Assembly (NCBI GenBank): GCA_012295275.1
Contig: CM022671.1
Span: forward strand, 9,300,001-9,364,000
Length of the DNA stretch: 64,000 nucleotides
Origin: Chrysomallon squamiferum
Lineage: Eukaryota; Animalia; Mollusca
Direction of reading: 5' to 3'
The position numbers and the translations under genes were made by a program. Position 1 is the first letter of the stretch. Each line of letters opens with the position of its first letter. Below the pieces are notes generated by a model that made no database searches, was not told where the DNA came from, and saw only the letters and a list, made by a program, of their open reading frames with translations. Positions 1 through 13,552 of this stretch are shown here, piece after piece.

Positions 1-1590
1 TAAACCTTAATAAAATATTAACTTTTTTTTTTTTTTTTTTAAATCCTTGAATAAAATATATCTCATCTGATTGTTTTCTTTCTGATGGCTTTTCCTAACA
101 GCAGAAATCTTAAAGAAACATTGATTCTTAACCTACTACTACTGATCACTTTAAAATTTAGCCTGTTGACAATAATTGTGTTGATATATTGATTTGAAAT
201 AAATGTACCTTTGGGAGTTCAGATCATCCTTGAATAATTTATTGAGGGTTTATCGTTCTATAATTTGTTGCAAGCTAAGTAAGTTATGTGCCACAGATTA
301 CGGTAAAATGTCTTCATTCACACACAATTTCACTTACTAGGTATACAGAACTTTTAGGTATGATAAAGTAATAGTAAGAAACACAGAGGGATTTTTGGAG
401 GATATATACCTGTAGTACACACACACATTAAATGCAATTAGTTCATATTACATTAAAATTAAAAACAATGAAACTATAAACATTATATCAAAACTAGACA
501 AGCAATATGTTTGTTTGTTTTGGGGGGTTTTTGTAATAAATTACCTTGCTGAGTTCATTTAAACCCTTATTCAGAATTTTAAAAAAACTGATAACTATGT
601 TCTAGTATACCCACACCATATTTACAAATATTTGCCACAACGGATAAAACCAAACAATTTATATCAGAGTCCAAATTAATTTAGATATACCTGAGCTCTG
701 ATTAAATTAAAATATTTATAATCTGTCAAATTGTTTAACTCTCTAACATGAAAAATTGCATAAGAGGAAAGGTAAGTATGAAAATGACAATTAAAATTGG
801 AATGTGATAAAGATAATGACATCTGCATGCTTACTCTAACATTGTCACGGCAACAGCATAATGATGAAATTAACACAACAATTCCACTGTAATTTAAAAG
901 AAACCTAAATGAATGGTCTTGCGAATGAGAAATAATTGTACTGTCCTTCCTATGTCAGTTACCATGCTTGAAAATTTCATTTTTGACAACATTCATATTA
1001 TGTGCAAAAAAAAAAAGGATTTTTAGAATTCTTCATGTACAGTTACTAGAGAAGTTATCACATTTTTTGATCAGACTACAGATGTTTCAATCTGAAAAGA
1101 ATTAATAAAATAGTCCTTTCACAGCTGCGAAGATGAATTTATAATCCATGTATTGGAATCATACATCTGAAAGTATCTTCAACTGAGATTTTTAAATTAA
1201 ATTGTGTTTAAAGCTATGAGAAAATCTTCTATAGCTGAAGCAAGTTATCCAGTGGCAATAAATGGATTTCTACTTGAGAATTTGCTAGAAGTGAGAAGAT
1301 TATGAGTTGAAAGTAGTATTAAAACAATTCTTAACCTCTCACTGAAATAACATCTGAAATATTATGCTGTTAATATCTGCACTACTTTGATCACTAAAAA
1401 AATAAAAAATAAATTATTATGTTACAGAAAAAGCAATAAAAAATAAAAATAATTATCAACAGAAAACATATTCAGATGTCTGTTATACTGGTCAGAAAAT
1501 AAATTTCAATTTATGAAAATAAAAAATATATATATATATTTTATAGGCCATGAAACAAAATATATGCCAAGTAAAATATGCCTACAATAC

Positions 1591-1675
1591 CTTGACAGCA
1601 CAGGTAATACTTCAGCAATCAAAAAGTAATGTTGTACTCACCTGCAAAATAAATGAAAAAAAGAGAAGAAAATAA
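1591..1675 (-). other. Candidate recursive splice site (3'ss directly followed by a 5'ss) with a 51-nt cryptic exon at 1591-1641
   Basis: Minus strand reads ...ttttcttctctttttttcatttattttgcag|GTGAGTAC...TGTCAAG|gtattg. Confidence 0.5.
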
Positions 1676-4600
1676 ATATATAAATAATAATAATAATAAA
1701 TAGTAAGTTTATTTCAAAAATTATAAACAAACTTGAATAAATAAATGAAATACATGTATATTTTCAATGATTTTTGTTCTATCAAAAACAGATTCTGAGG
1801 ATTTATATCTTACAAAATGTGATGACATTAACATTAATAATGGCAGCATAAATACTATTTTATAATGATTCCAGGTAGAAAATGCTAATCTTCATTATTA
1901 TTGCTAAAATGTCATAATGACTTCATACTTCTCTAACACTAGTTGTTGTATTATAAAATATTAAATTTATTTACAAAAATTACTTATAAATTTGTTCAGT
2001 AATAATAATAAAATATTCAGCAAAGTTTTAAACAATTATAATCAGTCTTTAGATCATATCAAAGAATTATTTACTATTGCTTTAATTTAAAAAAAGAAAG
2101 AAAAAAGAAACAAAACATAACATATATACTGATTTCTTTTTCACTGCTGCTTTAAATTTTATGAAAAAAACCAGTGACAAAATATATTTTTTTAATGATA
2201 TGTATTTATTAATTGTACAGATGAAATATATTCTGGTCTGATATCTCAGACAGATAAAAGAGTTGTATTTTTTAACAAAATGTTTTAATGGATTCAGACA
2301 TGACCTAGTCATATTGAAATTCAATATGAACCTAGTCAGAATGAAGAGGCCAACTATGGTAAATTCATTCAAGTGTTTGTATGAATTCCATTACAGAATG
2401 TCAGTTTTATGAAACAAATAAAATTCTAGACTTTTACAAACAAATCTCAGCTGTTAACTTTCAATGTATAAACATGCAAATGGTATCTATAAATTTAAAA
2501 CTTAGTGTGTCCTGACAAAAACACACAGTTTTTAAAAAGATTGATATTTCTGACAGCAATGAGAATCTGGGGATCCGAGACATTTGATTATCTGTCCAGT
2601 ATGAAGTTTCATTTCCTTATCAAAAATAAGTGAATCTATCTCAAGTAATTATTGGCAATCACTTTGGTGAGAAACAACAAACTGTACAATGAAATAATGC
2701 AAATGTCTTACAATTCACTGAGTCAGCAGTCCTTGGCCAATTTAGTTTTCACTGTAAACTGATACAGCAATTAACTACCCAATCATATTTCTTGGCTCTG
2801 ACTTAAATTACTCTTCCACACCACAACAACTTAACTTAGATAGAATTTGCCATGTATTTACTATTTTATTGTTTTATTTTTGTTAATATGGTAGGTAACT
2901 TCAGGTTTCCAGATCAAAGTTTCATTTAACACTCACACGTACACGCAAACACACACCTCATCTTTGATTATGGAGTTAACTGCATTTTAATTACTTCGTG
3001 GATTAAGCCACATATTCTTAACTGGTTTTAAACTGTGGCACACCCCAACAAACAAACATGTACAGCAACCTATACCATGACAAAGACAGACTTTGTGATG
3101 TACAGATATTAAAAATTCTTAACACAGACATCAACATACATATCCACCCACCTGACATATACTATCATAGATACCCTCTGAAGAACTTCAATAATTGAAT
3201 ACATCCAATTAATTTTGTATGCAAAGGAAATTACTGTCAATAAAGATTTGATTTCTTTTTTTGTTGTTTTAAAACAACTTTATTATGGAATTTCTAATAT
3301 AAATCAATAGTTATGCATTAATAGCATATATACATGAAATTCTTTTTCCTCTCTCTGCAGTCAGCTTCCATGAGCAGCATCATTAGAATTTCACCCATAA
3401 TGAACATGTTGATAAATGACCATGAACTAAAAAAAAAAAGTATTTAAAATCGTTATGCTGTACTATAAAATAATTGCTGTTCAATAACCAGGCCTCTTTG
3501 ATTTTCCATATTAGGTAATTAAGTCTCAGATTTCTTTAGTGCTCAACCAATTTAGTGTTTCTTGCAGTAGTAAAACCTTCAGAGTGTGTTGATGGTATGA
3601 AAATAAACACACAATTGCTTGGAAATGTGTGAAAGTAATAAAATAAATTTTTAAATAATTACTCTAATTGAAAGTAGAAAGGATTTTTTTTTAGTAAGTT
3701 TGGACATGCAATCATAGTGTTTAGAATGTACTGAAAGTGTTGTTAATGTCTGAGGATTGGTTTTATAAATGTTTTATTATAACAGATGAACACACTTCAT
3801 GAACTGTTGTTACACGTTAAGACATAACCATACTTGATTTTGTTGATTTCAGGATAAGGAATTTGCACAGGAACTAAAAAAGTGTTATTGTCATGACCAA
3901 ATTCAGTGATAAAACATAATTATTAAACAGAAAGAATCATTTCATCATTTTGTAACAGAAAATTCCTGATAACTTTAAATTTCTTCAAACTATAAAGATC
4001 AGATTTCCTCTTTTTAAAATATTTTGTTATTTTTCTTAAGATAGATGATTTTTAGCCAAGACATTTGTTTTAGTTATTAAAATAAGTATTCTAGATAATT
4101 AGTACATTCTAGGCTATAATTTGTTTATATCTGAAAAAAAACTAAATGTGTAACTTTTTTTGGCTTGTGTCCTTGATGTGGTAAGAATTACCAATAAAAA
4201 TCACATTTTATAACTGTGACACTGGGAAATCTAAATCATGTTATGACAATCCATTTACATTTTTTTAAAAGCTTTTTTATCATCATTACCAGGGACCTTC
4301 AGTACAAAAAAAACAAAATAAAAATTATTAGATGGACTTAAATTAAGTAGAGATTTTAAGTTTCAGACAAAGCATCTTTGTTTAATGGAATTTTATTATT
4401 ATATTGAAAAATTAGTTCAGCATTATTTTCAGTTACCAAAAAAGTATAAAAATAATTAATTGTAACTGTCTTAATTTGTATGAATGAGCATGAACTGCTT
4501 GTTTAGAGTACCTTAATATTACTTTTATCAATAAATAATTTTTTGAAAATCTATACAAACTATTACACTGGCAATAATACAGTATATAAATTTTATACAT

Positions 4601-7600
4601 ACATAAAACAATGATATGAAGGAGGAAATTCACAGCAAAAACTCAGTGAGATCTTTTTATCACTTAACTTCAAAATATTTCTTCTTTTATGCTCTGACAA
4701 AAACACATTCTGGTATTTGACATATAATACCGAGTTAATAAAAACATGATTCACTGAAGATGCTGTTACGTTTCCATGTATTGTGACCACTGTACATATA
4801 TAAACATACAAATAAACATTGAACATTAAAATTGTAACCAATACTATAGTCAGTATAAATACAATGGACATTAAAACTGTGGCCACTATAGTGATCACTA
4901 AAGGCAATCAATTCTGTTAATAACAATTATTTTTGGTTCTTCAGCAAATGTATTAAATGGTTTTGTTAGAATGCTGATGGAATGAAATATGTATATATTT
5001 TTATTTTTATTTTTTTCAAATATCAAAGCTGAGTCTATAAAAAAACATCAATCATTTTATAATTCTTTTTGGTTTCATCTTTTCAAACTAAATTATTTTA
5101 ACACTCTATCAGACATTATATCAGACGATTGTTTTCTTCATTTTATTCTGTCTGTCCTTGTCAAATACTGATGTTCATTCAGTTGTGGAAAATCTTTGAA
5201 ATTGTAGTTTATATGGATTCATTTTAATTGAGGTATTTTTTTTTATTTGACTGAGGCACTTGGATGTCACTGATTTATATCAAGATGATTTTCTCTTCTT
5301 TTTAGATATTCAAAAAAAAAATCTAATATTTCTCAATATTTTCATTTCTCAGATATTTGTAGCAAACAGATAATATTCAGCAAGGATAACATGCAACTGT
5401 GATAAAAAGAACAGAAAATTCATTAAATTTTTTTTCCTCCTTTTTTTTTTGTATATTTTCTTGGAGTTACTTTTCTCTGTATTTTTTCTTTTTCAAAAAA
5501 AGAAAAAGACAAGACAAGAAAGAAAAGAACATCTTTCATAGTCAGTAGAGAGGAGGAGGACGACCAGCTCCAGTATACATATGTAGCAGCAATTACTAAA
5601 TTGTCAATAGAAGGGAATACACAGGTTGACAGTTTCTTTCACAGTTCAAGTGGAGACCAATTTTGCAACTTGGCTCTTGGAGCCAAAGGTTAACAGACTA
5701 GCCTTTTTAGAAGATTGAGCGGAAGGTTCTTTTTCAAGAGTGACATTGAGGATTGGCAGCCAGCACCATTGCTGTCACTTCAAAGTGACACGAATATGAC
5801 AGCAACATCTGATCTCCCTCCACATTCCCCTTTCTGCTGTGGCAAGCACTCTTTGATATGGGGCAGAAGGTGTAATTGAAGGATAAGGATTGCTACTTGA
5901 TAATATTAACTTGAAAAAAACAACAACCAAAAAACAAGTTATCAGCTTCAAGTTAAAGCTAAATATATTTCCCTCTTCTTTTTTAAACTGCAGCAGAAAT
6001 AATAGATTTATTATTATCAAGCTTTTAATTTTTATTTTTAAAAAGAAATACCAACAAGAAATAATGGTTAATGCTATTTGATAGTATAATTATTTTGTAA
6101 TCATCATCATCATCATTATCACCATTATTATCTATCGTTATATTTGTATTTATATTTTTTAACTGAAGCAGTTAAGGAATTTAAGTATTTTACAGTTCAA
6201 ACATCATTTGATCTAAAATAGAAAACTGGGTAAAGTAACATTTTTTGAATGTTCTAATCTGAATAAACACCCACCTCTCTTATCTGCATCTCTATTTCTA
6301 GTTTGTGTGCTTTCACCCACATTTTCTAAGTGAAAAACATTCAACACTGCCATGACAAAATGAAAATAATATTGTGGCTAGGGAAAATACATTTCTGTTG
6401 GACATAAACAAATAAATAACTAGTAAGTAGTGAAAATCACTTTAGGTAGGTAAGAAAAATAATCAGTAGCAGCTAAATGTTTATTTATTTACATTTTCAG
6501 GAATTCTAGAATTCTCCAGAGTTTTCTAACCGCTGACAGAATGCAAAGAACAGACTGTACCTTGGGAATCAATGTTATTCTTACACTGACAAGATAACTA
6601 TGATAAATAAATAAAATAGTAAGAAAAAAAAATTATAACAACAAAAGGTTAAATAAGATAAAAGAAAAAATATGGAAAAGAAAAATGTTATTAGGTTTAA
6701 TTATTTTCCTTGAAAAATAAAAAAAACGTTAGAAACAAGGTACTAAACCAAGAGATAAAATAAATATTATTTTTTTTTTTTATTGGAATAATCTTATTTA
6801 TGCATGAGGTATATTTATAAAAAGTATAAACTTTATCTGATTAAACTAAAGATCTAACAAAAGTTTACAACTGTATTCAATAAACATTAACTGAATTTTT
6901 TTGATACATTTGTTAAATTAATGAGTCTATAAACAAAATTAATTTGCTTAAACAAATATTACTATTACTTATTTAGAAAGCAGAATTAAAAAATAAAATA
7001 AAATGTTTAAACATTCGTTAATGTTTAGAGAAACATAAAAAACAAAAGACTGGATATGATTATAGTAAATATTAACTTAGATGATTACTGCTTTTATAAA
7101 AATAGCATAACTAAAGAATAAATAGATGAAATATTGACTGTCTACAAATGAACAATTAAATGACTGTAACAAATTTTAAAACACATTTAACTCAATTTTG
7201 ATTTGATTTAGAAATGAACAATCAAGTGACTATAACAAAATGGTAATGAACTCTATAACATGTTAACTACACGTCATAAAATTCACTTTCTCAATTCAGT
7301 ATTCCATCACCTGCAGTTAATGGAGCATTACATGTATAATTACTCTGAGATTCGCTTGCTGGATAAAATTGGATTGTTGCGAAATGGATGCTTAATGAAG
7401 CAGCAGGTCATTTTACAGTTGCATGCATGAGACCACTATGTGGAAATTAAACACACCAAACTTTTACCATATCGCAACAGAAAAACAGCCATTAAAAGAT
7501 TTTAAAAAGAAAAAGGAAGAAGAAAAAACATGAAGCAGTTAATTGTGTTTCCACTTTGTTTTTCAACAAGGGATATTTTATTCATGCAAAATTTAGTGGA

Positions 7601-10600
7601 AATGGGGAAAAAAACTGATATAAATCCTCAATTTCTCAGCTTTAATATATTTTTCTTTTAATTTGTCAAAAAAATTGTTTCTTTTTATAACAGTGTATTC
7701 TTAAAGTTCATTCCCTTTTCCAAGTTGTCTTTAGCTCAGTTCTGAAGTATTCAAATTAGCAGCACGGGTCAGTTCTCTTCAAAGCTTCATCTGAGTTATT
7801 TCCCATTCCAGTCAAGTCCCCATAACTGACTCCAGTACATGATTTTCTAACACAGGGAATCTGTTTTTGAAAATGACTTCATACTGATAATAAGTAAGAA
7901 TTGCATAAAATGTAGTTATAAGACTGTATTTTTTTATGATATTACCAACCTATTCAACAAATATTCATTTAAGTCAGTCAAATTTCTTATTCCATAACAT
8001 TAATATTTTTACTTTTCAGATGTTCTTGAAATATATTCCAATATTTATATGTTATATTAATTTACATGTACCTTTAACATAACTGAGATAGAGATGAAAA
8101 CTTATTTCAGAATGATGTACTATAAGAATTTTGTATTGTTCAGAAACCTTCGTTTGAAATTTTTTTTTTTTTTTTTGATCTTGTAAAGTAAATTCTGAAA
8201 TCCTTTACAAAATTAATCTGTTTGAAAGTGTATTAATAAATGGATTTTCTTACAAACATCAAAAATTATTAGTACTTTGATGTAAAATTATGCAATATTT
8301 TTTTTATTTCATTTATCATAAATTAGCATAGTTATTTTCAGACACATCCATTTTAAATAAAGTTAGAAAGAGTTTTATTTCATTTGAATTTCCTTCACAA
8401 ATAGAAAGAAATTAGAACTAGAGACAAATTTTCTTTTACCAACTGAAATTAATTTCATAGCCAAACTTAATTCATTTGGAGTTTCCTGAAGGTGGAGAAG
8501 TCTATGTGAAAATGGAAAATGCAGTCTACACTGAGAATTCTCAATGCAAAAGTTAAATTTGCAGCAGACATTTCCTTTCCTGCTGAAAGAAATAGATATC
8601 TGGGAAAGAATAGCTGCTTTCCTTGTTTGCTAAAATTGAGTTATCTGTTTATCAGTATCAGATGTCTGCTGTGTGGACAGTGATCACATAAGATCCAATC
8701 AGATTGTCTGAATGATTTACAAACACCAGTCGATTCTGGCTGTGTGTGTGTGTGTGTGTGTGAGTGTGTGGACAAACACACACACACACGATATTGTACA
8801 AGCATGCAATAAATATTATTTCCTTATTAAAGTTATAGATGTGACTTTTAACTTGTCTAATTGTTGACTTCAAGACCATGTTACTGATAAAAATGTTTTT
8901 TGTTCTACAACAACAACAAAAAACAACATCATCTACTAGCATCTTATTCATATTTGTATATTTTGTTGATAAAGTTAATTCACTCTTTCTCAAATTATTA
9001 TTTTTTTTAAACTTTTTTTATTAATGTTGTTGTTTTTATTATAATTATTTACCTCAGTCCCTATATCGGATTATTAATACTGAAAGGATCTAACAATAAT
9101 TGTCTTTAGTTGATGTGAGTTCTCCGAGTTCAGAAGTATAATCATAGTACACTGGTAGAGGAGATGCATAACTCACCTTCAAATATTGCCATGTTTTTAC
9201 AAGACTATGATGTTGTTATTTAAAACCAAGCTTTAGTCCTTAACAATTTTGTCATTACTAACTGAACCGATCATTAATACTACCTTAAACCAGAAAGGAG
9301 ATAATCCATTGAGTTTTTAATCTGATTTTACCAAGCCTCACTTTTAAATCACCATAAGACAGCAATTAATTTAAAAATAAAAAGGTTACTTTGAAGATAA
9401 ATTGTGTTTTGGAAGCTTTTGGATTTCTAACTGGTGTTCAAGAAAAAACTGGGTTATATCAATAAATAAAATTTAACTGAAAAAAGATAAAACCTCAATA
9501 CTGGTCTACTAATAAATTGAGATAAATCAGAATTTTGTAAGTCAAAAAAGATTAACACGAAACAATCAAAATATGCCATCTTTTTTTTGCTCAGAATTTA
9601 TGGACAATATGAATTTATTTTTTAAATAATTCACAATTCAGAAAAGGAAAATGATAAGATGCCTCAGAATAACAATGGCTAGCTGGAAGATGATACTAGA
9701 TGAGTGAATGGTCAGACTGCTTTTCTCCTCAGCTAACATCAGAGATGTAAGGTCACTACATAAATTCTTGTAAGCAATCAACTATTACACTAACCTAATG
9801 CCAACTCACTGTGACCTGAAATCATCCTTTGCTATTTCCATTACATTCCCTCCAATCTCAGAAATATTGCATCACTGATCAGCATTAATCATAATTCAGT
9901 TATAATAATTGTTTTAATTTATTTATATAACTATTAAAACATGTTTACTTTTTTTTTAAATGCTGTTTTATAGTAAACAAATGATTGATGATTCTGCTGT
10001 AATCTATGCAAAAAATCTGACTTTCACTAATAGTCAACTATCCATCTGTGTGCATTAAGGAACACTTCAGTTGATTTCTGTATCATGTTCAATTATCCAT
10101 ACTTGTATATTTTACTCAAATATCTTAGAAACTCAAATTTATTTTTTATTTTTTAGAATTGTAAAATGAAATGAATCTATGTATATATTAAACAAGTACT
10201 ATTATCTAATTGGAATATATTGGCCAAACATACTTCGTAACATTTTGCTGTGAGTAATATAAAGATTAAGCTTCTCCCAAACAAAACAGAACATGAACAA
10301 TTGCCTATAATTTTTATGCCTGAAATACATTGATTCAGTCACTTGACCTGAAGTCCTATCTCAAGACTTTATTGCACCTGCTTCTTGAACACCCACAATG
10401 GACCAGTACATCAAGTTCACACCTCACAGCACCAGGCTAGTCTCAGGCAAACACAGTTTGTTGTGGGATGGTCTTAAATCAACACGATTATGTTGGAGAA
10501 TTTAATCAAGTGTTATTTACTTGGCATTTTCTGTGAAAGCACACAAGTGTAGAGTGGGGAAAAGAGGTGATTTGATCTGAACATTGGAGGCCATCGCAGA

Positions 10601-10841
10601 TCGAGAGAGGGCAAGTGAGCTGTAGTAATTAAACAGCGAACACGCATCACAGTGTGCACCAGGGCCCTGTTAATTGAAGAGCACAGAGGTTCAGATAACC
10701 AGCATAATTCAGATTAGTGTTTGTCATGGAAGCAAACTAGCTCCTGAGTGCTAATATTCTGTAAGGTTATTGGTCCCAGTGGCTTGGTTACTTACTGGTT
10801 TCAGGTGGTTTGGGTGTTAATTGATAAGGTGGCTTGGCTTG

Positions 10842-10960
10842 TTGATTCGACGTCATGATGACTGTTGACTCAGTGATATGATGACTTGTTCATTCAGTGA
10901 CATGATGGTTGTACATTCACTGGTATGATGGTTTCTGATTCGGTGGTATGATTCATTGTT
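10842..10960. repeat. Degenerate minisatellite with a 23-24 bp unit, about 5 copies
   Basis: Units such as ttgactcagtgatatgatgacttg, ttcattcagtgacatgatggttg and tacattcactggtatgatggtttc. Confidence 0.75.
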
Positions 10961-11590
10961 TAGAAACAAAGATATGCTTATTAAAGTGATGTGATAATCT
11001 GGTTGTTTCATGGTAAAAATAGATTGGTCTTTTAGTGTCAGAGGAGTTTGCTTTAAAGAAATAATAATGATATATCAGTGACAAATACATAGTTGAATGA
11101 CAGGATATGCCTTTGGGATGAAAACACAATGACAGTATCTTATGGTGATTCTTGCTTAAGAATCTAATAGTATTATACTGGCTTACTGATTTGGGGTTGG
11201 TGGCTTTCTTGTTATCTGTTTCATGAACTTCAAGAATTAGTGGATCAGAGGATTTGGTAGGTAAACTGTTTTAAATCTTGATTACAATTTCACTAAGAGG
11301 TTTGGTTACTGGTTACAATCTCATATCTTCTCATACAACACATTATACATTTGTATCACATTAGTAATCCCTTTTAATAAAACATAATAAATCATAAATT
11401 AGTTCTTCTTTATTATAATTTAAACACATAGAACCAGTTTTGATTCAGTATTATATTTTTCTTAACTTCACTGTTCGTGAGTTTTTTAATGCTTTATGTT
11501 AGTTATCTTGGAAAAATGTTATGCTCAAATACATATAAAAATACTATGAAACAACTCTGTTTCAAAAGAAAGAACTATCTGTATTTTTTC

Positions 11591-11591
<1 letters not shown>

Positions 11592-11634
<43 letters not shown>
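11592..11634. repeat. (TA)n microsatellite
   Basis: Read directly from the sequence. Confidence 0.98.
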
Positions 11635-11638
<4 letters not shown>

Positions 11639-11822
11639 AAATATTTTTAAAGATGACATTCATATGTATGAGGCTATACATTTTAATTTCAAGCAAATGT
11701 AAAGAAAAACTGTAAAATCTTTAATATCAGTTATTTGAAACTTCTATTTTTTATTTCACTTCAAGCATTCAAAATACTATATTCAAAAACCCTATTAAAA
11801 GTGTTACACGCACTAAATCTAA

Positions 11823-12130
11823 ATTTCAAAAAATATTTAAAAATGTAATGACATACATCTGCAACAAACAAAAGAACTGAGAAATCAATCTGTTATACTG
11901 AACTAAAAAGATGAAATTAATTTTCAGATATAGATATATATACATATATAGTAGTAACATGATACACAAAAAAAAAAAAAAAAAGTACATCTTTTTAAAT
12001 TTCAAAAATATTTGAAAATCCTAATAATACACATCTGGAACAAACAAAAGAAAAATCAATCTGTTATACTGAACACAGAAGATGAAATCATGTTTCAGAC
12101 AAACACTAAAGTAATATGATACACATTAAA
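11823..12130. repeat. Local tandem duplication (about 175 bp period)
   Basis: acatctg.aacaaacaaaagaa...aaatcaatctgttatactgaac...aagatgaaat occurs near 11856 and again near 12031. Confidence 0.85.
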
Positions 12131-12278
12131 AAGAAATAAAAATACACATTTTTATTCTGAAATGGAATCGAAACTGTCCTGCATGTATATATATACCTAA
12201 TAAAGATGTTTTCTTACAGATAATATATTACACCAACCTTTAAAACTATATTATTAATAAAAAAAATCTAAATAGTAA

Positions 12279-12432
12279 TTTAAAACAGCATAGTATGATT
12301 CAGCATGAAGTCAGTATAATCAGTCGCATAGTGTGAACAATTCTGTAATTAAGTTGGCATTATCACAGTATTTAAAACAGCATAGTATGATTCAACAGCA
12401 AGTCAGTGTAATCAGTCACATTGTGTGAAAAA
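12279..12432. repeat. Local tandem duplication (about 92 bp period)
   Basis: tttaaaacagcatagtatgattca....aagtcagt.taatcagtc.cat.gtgtgaa occurs twice. Confidence 0.88.
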
Positions 12433-12773
12433 TACTTAATTTTGTCTTTGTGCACACATATACCTAAATAGAAATACAATGTCATTAATTTAAAATTTAG
12501 ATTTCTGAATGTGATTCAAAATAGTAAGAACAACTTTTTATGTTCTTTATGCACATATAACTGCAATGACATTAACATTTAAATGTTTCAATTGTACAGT
12601 TTAACTGCATATAACACTTTAGTTCTGTTACACAGTGAAAATACCCTTAATCATGTTAAATCCCTGTAAATCACAATAAAATTAAATTAAAATTTCTCAG
12701 TTGTATATTACAGTGTAACTTGTTACCTAAATTTAAATACTCTACTGGTACTTTTCAGTTTCATTGTAACAAG

Positions 12774-13552
12774 ACATTACAACTAGTTAAAACATCCCTT
12801 AAATACAGAGGTAGGTTTTGTCATATAACAGCAAAAAAAAACAACAACAACAAAACAAGTCATTACAAGGTACTGTCATACAAAGGCAAAACAAACAACA
12901 GTAAAAAGTCAATACAACTAGTAACATAGTTAAAACATTTCTTAACTACAGAGGTTTTGTCATATAACAGAAAGAAGTGAAAAAATACCCAGTAAGGAGT
13001 CATTACAACTAGTAACATAGTTAAAATATCCTTAACTACAGAGATAGATATTGTCATGTAACAGCAAAAAACAGTAACAACTTATTACAAATAGTAACAT
13101 AGATAAAACATCCTTAACAATAGGGGTAGATATTCTCATATAACAAGTAAAAAAACCTAGTAACGTAGATAAAACATCTCTTAGCTATAGAGGTAGGTAT
13201 TGTCACATAACAAAACAAAAAAAAGGAAAAAAAGGACATCCAAGTAACAAGTTATTATGATTAGTAACATAGTTAAAACATCTCTATCATAGAGGTAGGT
13301 ATTGTCATGTAACAGCAACAACAACAACCCAGTAACAAGTAATTACAACTCGTAACATAGTTAAAACATCATTAACTATAGAGGTATTGTCATATAACAG
13401 AAAGAAGGAAAAAACAACTCAGTAACTACTCATTACAACTAGTAATATAGTTAGAACATCTCTTAACTATAGAGATAGGTATTGTCATATAGAGTAAATA
13501 AAACTCAGTAACAAGTCATTACAACTAGCAACATAGTTAAAACATAGTTAAC
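12774..13552. repeat. Degenerate tandem repeat, about 9 units of roughly 75-95 bp
   Basis: Recurring core cattacaactagtaacatagttaaaacatc...aacta(c/t)agaggtaggtattgtcatataaca followed by a variable A-rich linker. Confidence 0.92.

Noticed and set aside
12774-13552. CRISPR-like array
   Set aside because: The core is too long and degenerate, and the linkers are related A-rich tracts; it is a tandem repeat.
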